From an uncultured Verrucomicrobiae bacterium (GTDB lineage Bacteria; Verrucomicrobiota; Verrucomicrobiia; Chthoniobacterales; JAFAMB01), in assembly GCA_963837955.1 (NCBI GenBank), contig CAWIPH010000001.1:448001-512000 (forward strand): 64,000 nucleotides of DNA. The letters run 5' to 3'. Shown here one piece after another: positions 18,123 to 28,271 of the stretch; position 1 is the stretch's first letter; each line of letters opens with the position of its first letter. The notes under the pieces were generated by a model. It did no database searches. It was not told where the DNA came from and saw only the letters and a list, made by a program, of their open reading frames with translations. The position numbers and the translations under genes are program-made.

Positions 18123-19826
18123 TTAATGGTCGCGGTGACAGCGAATTGCTTCGATCTGCAGTTGCAATTCGAGACGATCGCGGAACAGATTGGTTTCTAA
18201 GAAGAATGCGATATCCCAAGGTGGCGGCGGCAGCGGGACGTTTCCACCTCGAAAGTGGATAGCTCGTAGCAGCTTCCCGTCGTGCCGTACGCTGAATGCC
18301 CGATGTTTGTCTTTCAGAAGGCGCGATTCTCCGACCGGCTCAGCGCCCCGCAAACAGAGCAAGGGTGCAGGATTACCAATCCCGAATGGCTGGAGTCTTT
18401 CGTATCCAGTTAAGAACTCAAAGTCTAGTTCCCGTCCGGAGACTTCCGCGTCGATCATATATTTCGGAGTCAACAGATCGATTGACAGATTTTCTCGAGC
18501 CGTCGTCAAAAACATTTCCGTGAACAACGCCAATTGGTCGAACTGTAGTGTGACTCCTGCGGCCATCGCGTGGCCGCCAAATTGGGTCAAGACTGCGTTA
18601 CATTCCTCGAGGGCGCGCACGAGCGAAAATCCAGGGATGCTTCGGCCACTCCCTTTCCCGATTCCATCCTCGTCGAAGCCAATCACGATCGCTGGACGAT
18701 GGAAGTGTCGCATCAATCTCGATGCGACAATGCCAACTACGCCGGGATGCCAGCCGTGAGAGCCGACGACGATGGCTGCAGACTGGGGATCAAAACCGGT
18801 GGCTAAGAGCGCAAAGGCTTCATCTACTGTGGTTTGCTCGACCGCTTGCCTTTCCCGATTTTGCCGATCGAGCGATTCCGCCAGCCGGTCGGCTTCGGCT
18901 GGGTTCTCGGTCAGCAAGAGGTCTAGAGCCTCTTGGGCGACACCGAGGCGTCCTGCCGCGTTCAGTCGCGGGCCGAGCCGGAACGCGACTTCTTCGGCTT
19001 TCACCATTCCCTCGATCCCCGCTCGACGCATTAGAGCGCGCAAACCAACCCATCGGCTGGCCCAGAGTTGTTTGAGCCCGTGAGAGGCCAGCGTGCGGTT
19101 TTCCCCGATCAATGGCGCTAGATCCGCTACGGTTCCCACGGCGACCAAGTCCAGGAAATGCTTCAGGTCAACTTCGGGTAGTCTCCGCTGTTTGAGTAGC
19201 CCATGGCAAAGCTTAAAGACCAGTCCCACCGTGCAAAGATAATGGAAGCTCGGACCGATCTTTGGATTGATCAGGGCCCGGCATTTGGGAAGCTGCGATT
19301 TCGGTTCATGATGGTCAACGACGATGACGTCCGTTCCCTGAGCCTCGATGGCGGCGACTTGCTCCAATGAAGTCGTTCCACAATCGAGCGCAATAAAGAG
19401 CTCCGGCTGATAAAGCTCGAGGCAGCGATTTACCCCTTCGGCGGACAGCCCATAACCTTCATCAATCCGATGGGGAAGAAACTGCGTCGGTTCGGCTCCA
19501 TACGATCGCAAGATTCGCGTAAGCATCGCGACGGACGTCACGCCATCCACATCGTAATCTCCGTAAAGTACGATCTTCTGCCCGCGGTCGATCGCCCCAA
19601 AGATTCGATCTACTGCTTCTCGTATGCCCGGCAAGAGAAAAGGGTCGGTCAAATCCTGGAGCTTGGGGTGGAGAAATCTTCTTGCTTCGGCGACCTCGCC
19701 AAACCCGGCTTTGACTAGAAGTCCCGAGAGAGAGGCAGGAAGTTGAAGCTCCCGGCTCAAGAGAAGAACGCTAGCGTCAACATCGCGTGCGGGAAAATGC
19801 CAGACGCGATCCAAGTTTGTGCTCAT
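18123..19826 (-). CDS. recJ: Single-stranded DNA exonuclease RecJ
   Basis: YGDYDVDG, DCGT, DHH, GTVAD, PRLNAAGRL, GGHAMAAG. Confidence 0.97.
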   Translation of the reverse strand: MSTNLDRVWHFPARDVDASVLLLSRELQLPASLSGLLVKAGFGEVAEARRFLHPKLQDLTDPFLLPGIREAVDRIFGAIDRGQKIVLYGDYDVDGVTSVAMLTRILRSYGAEPTQFLPHRIDEGYGLSAEGVNRCLELYQPELFIALDCGTTSLEQVAAIEAQGTDVIVVDHHEPKSQLPKCRALINPKIGPSFHYLCTVGLVFKLCHGLLKQRRLPEVDLKHFLDLVAVGTVADLAPLIGENRTLASHGLKQLWASRWVGLRALMRRAGIEGMVKAEEVAFRLGPRLNAAGRLGVAQEALDLLLTENPAEADRLAESLDRQNRERQAVEQTTVDEAFALLATGFDPQSAAIVVGSHGWHPGVVGIVASRLMRHFHRPAIVIGFDEDGIGKGSGRSIPGFSLVRALEECNAVLTQFGGHAMAAGVTLQFDQLALFTEMFLTTARENLSIDLLTPKYMIDAEVSGRELDFEFLTGYERLQPFGIGNPAPLLCLRGAEPVGESRLLKDKHRAFSVRHDGKLLRAIHFRGGNVPLPPPPWDIAFFLETNLFRDRLELQLQIEAIRCHRDH

Positions 19827-19856
19827 CTTCGGAACACTGCGAAAGATAAATTCACT

Positions 19857-20636
19857 TTACGTCAGCGTTTGTTCATCGGGCGGACGGATAAGGAGACCGT
19901 GCTCGGCCAGAAAGCGCTTCACGTCCGCGACGGTGAACTCTCCAAAGTGGAAGATACTGGCTGCTAAAACTGCATCGGCTTTGCCCTCGCGCAGGACGGA
20001 TTCCAGATGAGCTAGGGTCCCGGCTCCGCCACTGGCAATCACGGGAATGCCGATCGCCGTGCTAACGGCGGACGTGAGCTCCAGGTCGTAGCCATCTTTT
20101 GTTCCGTCCGCATCCATACTCGTCAACAGAATCTCACCTGCGCCGAGAGCCTCTACCTTTTTTGCCCATTCAATTGCATCGAGTGACGTCGGATGACGCC
20201 CACCATGGGTAAACACGCGCCAGGTACCGTTATTTTCCCTTTTCGCATCTATTGCGACTACAATACACTGCACGCCAAACGTCTCGGCCGCTTCTGAGAT
20301 AAGTTCCGGACGCTGGATAGCCGCAGTGTTGATACTTACTTTGTCAGCGCCGGCCAACAACATATCCCGCACGTCGGAAACACTTCGAATGCCGCCTCCG
20401 ACCGTCAACGGCATGAAACATTCGTTTGCTGTGCGTTCCACGACGTCGATCATGGTTTTCCGGTGATCAGAGGATGCCGTGATGTCGAGGAACACCAGTT
20501 CGTCCGCTCCTTGCCGGTTGTACTCTTTGGCGCATTCCACCGGGTCGCCCGCATCGCGCAATTGCAGGAAACGGGTTCCTTTGACGACCCGCCCTTCGGT
20601 TACGTCGAGGCATGGAATAATGCGTTTGGCGAGCAT
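19857..20636 (-). CDS. hisF: Imidazole glycerol phosphate synthase cyclase subunit
   Basis: [40 protein letters not shown]. Confidence 0.98.
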   Translation of the reverse strand: MLAKRIIPCLDVTEGRVVKGTRFLQLRDAGDPVECAKEYNRQGADELVFLDITASSDHRKTMIDVVERTANECFMPLTVGGGIRSVSDVRDMLLAGADKVSINTAAIQRPELISEAAETFGVQCIVVAIDAKRENNGTWRVFTHGGRHPTSLDAIEWAKKVEALGAGEILLTSMDADGTKDGYDLELTSAVSTAIGIPVIASGGAGTLAHLESVLREGKADAVLAASIFHFGEFTVADVKRFLAEHGLLIRPPDEQTLT

Positions 20637-20702
20637 GTAAGCGAAGCTAACTTAAAATTTGGGCCAACAATCCGCAACAGATACGGAACGACAACCCCGC
20701 GC

Positions 20703-20856
20703 GGGTAGGGCGATACAGTCCGGCAAAAGCCGCGTTTGATAGGACGCCCGTATGTGCCGGACTGCGAGCCTTTGCGGCGGCTGTGCACTTTCGGCGCTTG
20801 TTGTTGGCTCACACACCTCATCTCGCTGTCGCTCAACGTCGTGTATCGCCCTACCC
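20703..20856. repeat. REPIN/MITE-like element with perfect 15-bp terminal inverted repeats (GTAG family)
   Basis: GGGTAGGGCGATACA (20703-20717) and TGTATCGCCCTACCC (20842-20856). Confidence 0.85.
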
Positions 20857-20857
20857 A

Positions 20858-21748
20858 TCATGCCGGCCTCTTGTTCACCGCTAAAAATCTCACATTTCGC
20901 TGTAACGTATCGAACAACAGGTCTCGGAGAAGGTTGACGAGCGGTGACTTTTCGTTCTCTCGCGAAATCAAATACAAATGAATGAGCGGAAGCGCCTTCA
21001 ATCCGGTTAGCCGGTTGTTCATGGTTAATCCTTTCGGAACGCCCAGCGGCGTCCGAACCGTAATGCCTAACCCGGCTTCCACTGCAGCCCAGGTACCGGA
21101 GAGGCTCGGACTTGTGAAAGTTCGCCGCCATGCCCGGTTTCCCAAATTCTCCAGAGCAGTCGCGCGAAAAGCGCATGGCGCTTCGAATAGAACAAGCTTT
21201 AGCTCTTCATCTGGTTGAGGCGGATGTTTCCAGATCCAAACCATTGGCAGTTTCCCGACTGGTTGTGCGGTAAAGCCGTTGCCCGGATGCGCGAAGCCGA
21301 ACATGATGGCCAAATCAAGGCCTCGTCGCTGGAGCGCGCTGAGGAGGTCGGTCGAACGCTCGACGCGGACCTCCATCTCGACTGCGGGATGGGCGCGACT
21401 AAACGATGCTAGAGCGGAAGGAAGGATCGTTTCGGCGAAATCCTGCAACATACCGAGCCGGATCTTGCCACGCACCTTCAGGCCCGCGACGGCTTGAACT
21501 GCTTCATCATTCAGAGCGAGCAGACGTCGGGCGTACTCTAGAAGAGCAAATCCACTTTCGGTTAATTGGATGCTGCGGCCGGCTTTCTCGAACAGTTCGA
21601 TGCCAGCCAAATCTTCGAGACGTCTCATTTGCAAACTTACCGCTGACTGGGTTCTGCCGACCGAACGCGCGGCATCCCGAAAACTTCCCTGGTCGTGTGC
21701 CAAGATCAGCGTGCGCAGAAGATCAAGATCAAACAAGGGCAGATTCAT
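20858..21748 (-). CDS. LysR-family transcriptional regulator
   Basis: DLDLLRT, SFRDAARSVGRTQSAVSLQMRRLE HTH. Confidence 0.95.
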   Translation of the reverse strand: MNLPLFDLDLLRTLILAHDQGSFRDAARSVGRTQSAVSLQMRRLEDLAGIELFEKAGRSIQLTESGFALLEYARRLLALNDEAVQAVAGLKVRGKIRLGMLQDFAETILPSALASFSRAHPAVEMEVRVERSTDLLSALQRRGLDLAIMFGFAHPGNGFTAQPVGKLPMVWIWKHPPQPDEELKLVLFEAPCAFRATALENLGNRAWRRTFTSPSLSGTWAAVEAGLGITVRTPLGVPKGLTMNNRLTGLKALPLIHLYLISRENEKSPLVNLLRDLLFDTLQRNVRFLAVNKRPA

Positions 21749-21823
21749 AGATGAGAAAAATTAAAGTATGATGCATAATAAATCAAAATTGATAAAGCAA
21801 TAGTGCAAGCGTTTCTTAGCACC

Positions 21824-22408
21824 ATGAGCTATCCAAATTTTTCTAATGCGGTTCTGATGCAGTACGAGACACCGTTGCCGGATGATTTCGATATGGATGG
21901 TGTCCGCAGGCGGGTTCAGGAAAAGGCGGCATTGTTTGATCAAATGCCCGGTCTGCTTGTGAAATTCTATGCTGTGAATGAAGTATCCAGCGCTACTTCA
22001 AACGAATATTCCTCGATTTACCTCTGGTCGGGCCCCAAGTTCCTGACAGGTTTCTTCACGGGCGACTTTTTCGAAAACTATGCGAACGCTTTTGGGCGGC
22101 CGACTCCGCGATGGGCGTTAGTGGACCGGGTAGACGGGGATATAAACCAGCTGCAACGGGCACGAACAGCAATTCGCCAGACAATCGGGATCCCGCGCAA
22201 AACGCACATTGGCCAGTTTGTGAAGACTTGGGAAAAGCGACAGGATTCATCGAATCTGCTGGCCCGAGTATTCGCCATTGATCCTGCGCGTTGGGAGGTG
22301 GTCGACTTTCAGTTCACAGCCGAACGCGTTGCTCACCCGGTGGGAGTGAATGCGCATCTGTACGACATCGCGCACGTATCGCTGCCTGGGGCTACGCATG
22401 ACAAATGA
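21824..22408 (+). CDS. DUF4865-family protein, divergent from LysR
   Basis: MQYETPLPDDFDMDGVRRRV...FDQMPGLLVKFY, NEYSSIYLW, FGRP. Confidence 0.75.
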   Translation: MSYPNFSNAVLMQYETPLPDDFDMDGVRRRVQEKAALFDQMPGLLVKFYAVNEVSSATSNEYSSIYLWSGPKFLTGFFTGDFFENYANAFGRPTPRWALVDRVDGDINQLQRARTAIRQTIGIPRKTHIGQFVKTWEKRQDSSNLLARVFAIDPARWEVVDFQFTAERVAHPVGVNAHLYDIAHVSLPGATHDK

Positions 22409-22486
22409 CAAATGACAAAAGGGAGCCTCTCCTCTTCCGGCGTTCCCGGCGCTGTCGGCGTTGTCGGCGCTACCGGCGTTTCCCAA

Positions 22487-23752
22487 CTAGGGGAACAATC
22501 CAAAATCTTGGCGGGCTTTCAGGACGCGCTCGACCGCCGTCGCTAAGGCAGAGATACGATGCGGAATCCGCTGTTGCTTGGATCTTCGCGTTACTGTCAC
22601 AAAGGCTTGTTCCATCGTTCTTTGCAGCCGATCGAGAATTTCGCTTCGGCTCCAGAAAAAACTTTGCAGCCCTTGCACCCATTCAAAGTAAGAAACCACG
22701 ACACCACCTGCGTTACATAAGATATCCGGGATGACGAAAATCTCGTTCCAGCGATCAAAAAGTATACTGTCCGCCTCAGTGGTCGTCGGCCCGTTGGCCG
22801 CTTCTGCTAGAATGCGACACTGTAGTTTCCCAGCATTCTTTCCATGGATGACACCGCTCACCGCGGCGGGCACCAGTACGTCGCAAGGCAAAGTCAATAG
22901 ATCGTCCCGGCTAATCGGCTCGGCGCCATCAAAATTTCGCAGATCTCCGTTTTCGAGAACATGGCTCTGAGCTCTCCAGATATCGATGCCGCTCTTGTCG
23001 TAGTAAGAGCCGTAGGCATCGCCGAGCCCGACGATTTTCATTCCGTTCCGGTAAGCCAGCCCATGCGCGACGACCGATCCTACATTCCCAAATCCTTGAA
23101 TAACCGCGGTACGGCCCGGCAACTTCAATTTTATTAAATCGGCTGCGCGTTCAATCAGGTAGACTACGCCGAAGCCGGTGGCTTCCCGGCGACCGGTGGT
23201 TCCTCCGATACTCACCGGCTTTCCGGTCACAATGCCAGGTTCCGAGTATCCGAGGTACGATGAATAAGTGTCCATGAACCACGCCATGACCCGTTCATCC
23301 GTCCCCATGTCCGGACCCATGATGTCCGTCTTAGGACCAACAAACGGGATCATTTCTTGCATGTAGCGTCGAGAAACCCTCTCGAGTTCAAACAGGCTCA
23401 ACTGGGTGGGATCAATGCGTACTCCTCCTTTGGCACCGCCATACGGAAGGCCGGCCAGCGCGCATTTCCAGCTCATCCAGATCGCTAAGGCTGCAACCTC
23501 CCCCATCGTAACCGTCGGAGCGAATCGGATCCCACCTTTGGTTGGTCCCATCGCGAGATGATGCTGCACCCGATATCCTTCAAAGACCTGAATTGATCCG
23601 TCGTCCATTTTGACTGGCAACGAGACCGCAATAGATCGTTTTGGCCAGAAAAGGGGTTCGCGAACACTCTGGGGAATATCGAGGTGCTTAGCGATCAGCT
23701 CGAACTGCTTCAATGCGATACTGAAGGCCGGATCATCGAAGAAGTGGTCCAT
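22487..23752 (-). CDS. gdhA: Glu/Leu/Phe/Val dehydrogenase (glutamate dehydrogenase)
   Basis: GPTKGGIRF, LPYGGAKGG, VTGKP, IQGFGNVG, EAANGP, NAGGVVVSYFEW. Confidence 0.9.
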   Translation of the reverse strand: MDHFFDDPAFSIALKQFELIAKHLDIPQSVREPLFWPKRSIAVSLPVKMDDGSIQVFEGYRVQHHLAMGPTKGGIRFAPTVTMGEVAALAIWMSWKCALAGLPYGGAKGGVRIDPTQLSLFELERVSRRYMQEMIPFVGPKTDIMGPDMGTDERVMAWFMDTYSSYLGYSEPGIVTGKPVSIGGTTGRREATGFGVVYLIERAADLIKLKLPGRTAVIQGFGNVGSVVAHGLAYRNGMKIVGLGDAYGSYYDKSGIDIWRAQSHVLENGDLRNFDGAEPISRDDLLTLPCDVLVPAAVSGVIHGKNAGKLQCRILAEAANGPTTTEADSILFDRWNEIFVIPDILCNAGGVVVSYFEWVQGLQSFFWSRSEILDRLQRTMEQAFVTVTRRSKQQRIPHRISALATAVERVLKARQDFGLFP

Positions 23753-23855
23753 CGATCTGTCGGAGGGAAAACGGGGAGGATTAGGGGTTAGAATCTAGGA
23801 GTTAGAATAAAGTATCAAGCGTCAAGAAGCTAACCACGGGGTTAAAATCCCGGGC

Positions 23856-24049
23856 GGGAGGGATCGCAGCCTGTCCGACATAGCTTTTGACGCATCACGC
23901 TCAACCGTGCGCTTCTGCGACGTCGGATCCTCGCGATCCGGCGGCGTACGAGGATCCGACGTCGCGCTCAAACATTCTGCAGCAGGCATCCAAAGGCTAT
24001 GTCGGACAGGCTGTGCGCCCTCCCCGCACCCTTCGGGGCAGAGAACCAG
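23856..24049. repeat. GGAG-type REP doublet with inserts in both arms, followed by GGGGCAGAGAACCAG
   Basis: Left arm nearly identical to 2345-2430; right arm carries an inverted related insert. Confidence 0.9.
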
Positions 24050-24084
24050 AAAAGCCAATAGCCAATGTCCAATCGCCAAGAAGG

Positions 24085-25254
24085 TTAACCGTTCTCCCAC
24101 ACCTTCCGGTATAGTTCTTCGATCTCTTCTGAGGTCGGCACGCGCGGATTGTTTGCCGGCGAACCGGAAGCCAGTGCCTGTTTAGCCATCGTTGGCAGAC
24201 TTCCGAACCAATCTTGTTCAGGGATTCCGTATCCGCGCGGTGTTGGTACCTTTAGCCGCTGATTCAGCTCTCTTAGACCGTGAACCAGAGCGGCGGTCGC
24301 AGGATCATCTTCTGCTTCGTTCGGGACAAGAACCATAGCGCGCGCGCAATCGGCATAGCGCTTCTTAGCTGCCCCAATTGAAAACGCCGTCACGGTGGGC
24401 AAAAGCATGGCGTTAGATAGTCCGTGTGGCACGTGGAACTTGGCTCCGATTGGCCTGCTCATGCCGTGCACCAGCGCTACACTCGAATTCGAGAACGCGA
24501 TTCCGGCCTGGGTCGCTGCCTGCATCATAGCTTCCCGTGAGGCTCGATTTTCCGGCTCAAAACAGGCTATCGGTAGGTGCCGCCAGATCGCCTTCATGGC
24601 TGTGAGAGCAAATCCATCAGCAAACGGATTAGCCAACTTGCTGACGTACGCTTCGATCGCGTGGGTCAACGAGTCAACGCCGGTGTCAGCTGTCAATCGC
24701 ATCGGTTTGCTTAGGGTCAACTCGTAGTCCACGATCGCCGCCGTTGGCAGGTAAGCCAGTCCGATGCAGAGCATCTTTTCGCCACTCTCTTCGTCAGTCA
24801 CAATAGTGAATCGAGTCGCATCGGACCCAGTCCCCGCCGTCGTCGGAATCGCGATAATCGGGAGACCTGAGACATCCTGTTGATGCGGCGTTTTGTAATC
24901 ACGCATTTTGCCGCCGTGCACTCCGAGCGTTGCTACCGCTTTTGCGGTGTCGATTGAACTGCCTCCGCCTAGTCCGATTACGCAATCGTAAGTTCCAGCC
25001 TGTAAAGCCTGCAGCCCCGACTCGACTGAAGAGGTTGTCGGATCCGGCACACTCCCGGAGAATATGCCGGCGCCGCTGATACCCGATCCCTTAAGGATCT
25101 CGCCCAAGCGATCAGCCAATCCCTGCTTCGCAAAGAAAGCATCAGTCACGACGAGCGGAGCGTGCAGCCCGAGCATTTGCAAAACCTGACCTGTTTCCCT
25201 AAACGCTCCGCCTCCGATTCGAAGTATCCGCGGTAAAGCGATTTTTGCGATCAT
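24085..25254 (-). CDS. Iron-containing alcohol dehydrogenase
   Basis: GLGGGSSIDTAK, IPTTAGTGSD, DSLTHAIEAY, HGMS, HGLSNA; start MIAKIALPR. Confidence 0.95.
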   Translation of the reverse strand: MIAKIALPRILRIGGGAFRETGQVLQMLGLHAPLVVTDAFFAKQGLADRLGEILKGSGISGAGIFSGSVPDPTTSSVESGLQALQAGTYDCVIGLGGGSSIDTAKAVATLGVHGGKMRDYKTPHQQDVSGLPIIAIPTTAGTGSDATRFTIVTDEESGEKMLCIGLAYLPTAAIVDYELTLSKPMRLTADTGVDSLTHAIEAYVSKLANPFADGFALTAMKAIWRHLPIACFEPENRASREAMMQAATQAGIAFSNSSVALVHGMSRPIGAKFHVPHGLSNAMLLPTVTAFSIGAAKKRYADCARAMVLVPNEAEDDPATAALVHGLRELNQRLKVPTPRGYGIPEQDWFGSLPTMAKQALASGSPANNPRVPTSEEIEELYRKVWENG

Positions 25255-25309
25255 GAGGTTGGGGTGGAGGAGGCAACCTGCAACTTGTAACTTGCTAACT
25301 TGTAACCTG

Positions 25310-26374
25310 TTACTGGATATACGGTCCAAGCAAGGAGAGATCAGCCGGGCTGAGTCGCTCCTTGGCGGTTTTGGCTTGATGCCAGTAGGGATAGAGTAAT
25401 AGCGGTGCGCTGACCTTATCGAGCCGAACTCGTTCCTCGGGTGAGAGCCGCACGTTAGCAGCAGCGAGGTTATCGGCCAACTGCTCTTCGGTGCGAGCAC
25501 CAATGATAAGAGAGGTCACTCCGGGACGGCCCAGCAGGTAGGCCAAAGCGATTTGAGCTGCGGAGACCTTGTGCGTCTCCCCAAGTTCGAGCAGCAAATC
25601 AATGATGTTGTAGAGCTGTTCTTCGTTGTAAATGGGAGGTTCGCCCCAGTTGTTGAAATGACGTGACCCTTCCGGGGTTTTTTGGCCACGGCGATATTTG
25701 CCAGATAAAAGCCCACCAGCCAAAGGGCTCCAAACCAGGATCCCAAGGCCTTGATCCAACGTGATTGGGACGAGCTCGTATTCGGCATCCCGAGCTTGCA
25801 ACGAGTAATAGATCTGCTGGCTCACGAACCGCGCGTAATTTCGGCGATCGGAGACCGCGAGCGCTTTCATCAAATGCCACCCGGAGTAGTTTGAACAGCC
25901 GATGTAGCGGACTTTTCCCGACCGGACAAGGGTATCGAGCGTCTCTAACGTTTCTTCGAGTGGTGTTTCTCCGTCCCATTCATGTATTTGGTAGAGATCG
26001 ATGTGATCGGTCCGGAGCCGGCGCAGGCTATCTTCGCATTCTTTGATGATATGATAACGCGAGGCGCCGCCTTCGTTCGGACCATCGCGCATGACCATCC
26101 TGAACTTGGTGGCAATCAGCACTTCATCGCGACGACCTTCCAAAACTTGACCAAGAATGTCTTCGGATACGCCATGGGAGTAGATATTGGCCGTATCGAA
26201 TAGGTTGACACCTGCCTCCAGGCAGAGGTCCACTTGACGGCGCGCGCCCTTTACGTCCGTTGCGCCGACTTTGCTGAAGAACGTCTGGCCACCGAAGGTC
26301 ATGGTGCCCAGGCTAAGCACCGAAACACGAAGACCGGATTGTCCGAGTTGACGATATTCCATATGGGAACCCAT
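25310..26374 (-). CDS. Aldo/keto reductase
   Basis: LGQSGLRVSVLSLGTMTFG, DTANIY, SLRRLRTDHIDLYQIH, WSPLAGG. Confidence 0.95.
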   Translation of the reverse strand: MGSHMEYRQLGQSGLRVSVLSLGTMTFGGQTFFSKVGATDVKGARRQVDLCLEAGVNLFDTANIYSHGVSEDILGQVLEGRRDEVLIATKFRMVMRDGPNEGGASRYHIIKECEDSLRRLRTDHIDLYQIHEWDGETPLEETLETLDTLVRSGKVRYIGCSNYSGWHLMKALAVSDRRNYARFVSQQIYYSLQARDAEYELVPITLDQGLGILVWSPLAGGLLSGKYRRGQKTPEGSRHFNNWGEPPIYNEEQLYNIIDLLLELGETHKVSAAQIALAYLLGRPGVTSLIIGARTEEQLADNLAAANVRLSPEERVRLDKVSAPLLLYPYWHQAKTAKERLSPADLSLLGPYIQ

Positions 26375-26379
26375 ATATC

Positions 26380-26403
26380 ACCGTTTGGCTGTCGCCAAAC
26401 GGT
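26380..26403. repeat. Short dispersed hairpin ACCGTTTGGC-TGTC-GCCAAACGGT (related copy at 49204-49229)
   Basis: Perfect 10-bp stem; near-identical inverted copy elsewhere in the window. Confidence 0.6.
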
Positions 26404-26486
26404 ATGACAGATAGCAAATAGCAGATAGCAGATGCCCAAAACGTCGGATCATTCCGCGAAGCTGTAACTTGCAACCTGTAACCCAA

Positions 26487-26834
26487 ATGAATCCATTATT
26501 AGCGAAAATTCGGGAACAACTGCCGAATGAGACCGCACCTGTTGGGCTAGTGGTGCGCGGCGAAGTCCTGGAGGACCAATTGTCCGCCTTCATCAAACTA
26601 GCTCGAGCGACGGAAGAGAGTACACAAAAGGAGCGAGGAAATCTTTTCTACCGATTCTTCTTCAGCCCCAAAGATCCTCTCGAGTATGTGTTACTTGAAA
26701 CCTGGGAAAACTTCCCTGCGCTCGCCGCCCATTTCGAGACGGCGCATTTCAAGCAATTCGCTCAAGGCACCGAGTCACTCACCGGAGAACGATTTTCGAT
26801 CGAGGTACTCTTGAGTCCAGGAGCTAAGGGCTAG
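26487..26834 (+). CDS. Putative quinol monooxygenase (ABM domain)
   Basis: TQKERGNLFYRF, YVLLETWENFPALAAHFETAHFK. Confidence 0.85.
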   Translation: MNPLLAKIREQLPNETAPVGLVVRGEVLEDQLSAFIKLARATEESTQKERGNLFYRFFFSPKDPLEYVLLETWENFPALAAHFETAHFKQFAQGTESLTGERFSIEVLLSPGAKG

Positions 26835-26963
26835 GAGCCAACAAGTCAAAGGGACCGTCCGCCCGTTGTCTGCGTTCCCGCCGTTCCCGGCGCTATCGGC
26901 GTTCCCGGCGTTGTCCGACTTCGCTCCGTCGTTTGAACTCCGGCAGCCTCAATCTTCAACCTG

Positions 26964-27737
26964 CTACGTAGCCCCCAACGGCTCCATCCGTGCGACCAAC
27001 ATGGGTTCGATGAAACTCAACAGGTTCTTGTCATCGAATTCCGGCTCCAGCCACTTGGCTACTTCCGGACCGGCTGCTCGGATGTGTTGTCGTAGTTGGG
27101 CGATGCGTTCAGCGTTACAGCCGGCCTGAGCTGTCCACCAATCAAACTGCAAACGATAGGGAACGATCTGGTCTTTGATCCAAGAAAATCCGGTATCCCG
27201 AGCCAGTTCCCGCCATTGCGAAACGGTCCGCTGCAGGAAATGGGATGGGTCACGAGTGCGTTCCCAATAATCAATCCAATCGGAGACTTCCGCGGCTGGA
27301 CTAATCTGATCGACAAGAATGAACCGTCCGCTGCGGGTCAAAACTCGATGGACCTCGGATAGAAATTTCGCCGCATCATGAAAATGATGGGGAGCATGTC
27401 GAGAAACAACCAGCGAGAAGGCACCGGAATCGAAAGGCAACGCCTCGGCCGCTGCTTCCTGAAAGAGGATGTTCGTCTTCCCCTCGGCCTGAGCTCGCAA
27501 TCTACCTTGTTCGAGCATGCGCGGGGCGATGTCGATTGCGATTACTGATTGGACGGAATCTGCTAGGGCGAAAGCCGTATTGCCGGGGCCGGTAGCCACG
27601 TCTAACACCAAGTCAGACGCTTTCGGCTCAGCAAGCTCCAGCAAAACTGGCAAGCTAGCGCCGGCCCGGTGAACCTGACTTTGCGAATAGCGTTCCGCTA
27701 AGGGGTCGAACTGGTTTCGACTGGAAGAAATCTGCAT
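26964..27737 (-). CDS. Class I SAM-dependent methyltransferase
   Basis: VLDVATGPGNT, AEALPF, APHHF, RDPSH. Confidence 0.92.
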   Translation of the reverse strand: MQISSSRNQFDPLAERYSQSQVHRAGASLPVLLELAEPKASDLVLDVATGPGNTAFALADSVQSVIAIDIAPRMLEQGRLRAQAEGKTNILFQEAAAEALPFDSGAFSLVVSRHAPHHFHDAAKFLSEVHRVLTRSGRFILVDQISPAAEVSDWIDYWERTRDPSHFLQRTVSQWRELARDTGFSWIKDQIVPYRLQFDWWTAQAGCNAERIAQLRQHIRAAGPEVAKWLEPEFDDKNLLSFIEPMLVARMEPLGAT

Positions 27738-28200
27738 TGCCAGAAAAATGGTTCAGTTGCAACGTCTAGCAATTGTTTGTTCTACTGCTCTTAAGGCCGG
27801 CCGCATTCGGGAGTTGTGGCCCATCCAAAAATTCATTGGGCAGGATCAATGGATTTTGTCATTCCGTGAACTAGATGCAGATCGAATGGCGATCCGGCAA
27901 TTGGCAGAACTATTGATGCGGTGAGAATGGAAGCGCCGTTAGTGTCGCTGGAGCTACGGTCCCCCGACTATGGAGCGTTTGAGAATACTGTAGAAGGGGC
28001 CTGAATACTCAGGTGGCCTGCGGTCGCGGTTGAGGGCGACCTGCGCTACCGGCTCCTGACTCCTAAATCCGATATGCCATGCTCCGTCTTTGACATTCCT
28101 CTTCCCAGTGTTTCCCGGTTTCCCGATCGCTGACATTAGTTTACGAACGAGAGCGTCCCAAGGACAATCGAACGACTGATTTATGTAAGGGTGGAATTTC

Positions 28201-28251
28201 ATGTTGGCAGGATCCACATTAAAATGCACTATATGTTGCGCGTGTCAACAT
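28201..28251. promoter_or_regulatory. Two candidate TetR operators
   Basis: Imperfect inverted repeats ATGTTGGCAGGATCCACAT (28201-28219) and ATGTTGCGCGTGTCAACAT (28233-28251) just upstream of the TetR start. Confidence 0.6.
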
Positions 28252-28271
28252 GATATGCTCCTTTCTTGCCA

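Noticed and set aside
25255..25503. Extended N-termini from the ORF track (Fe-ADH here; also recG, the TIR protein, leuS, rdgB and ORF 32146)
   Set aside because: They overlap neighbouring genes or repeats; family similarity starts at later Met codons
27954..28229. 91-aa ORF divergent from TetR as an intact gene
   Set aside because: No recognisable domain, and it runs through repeat-like sequence
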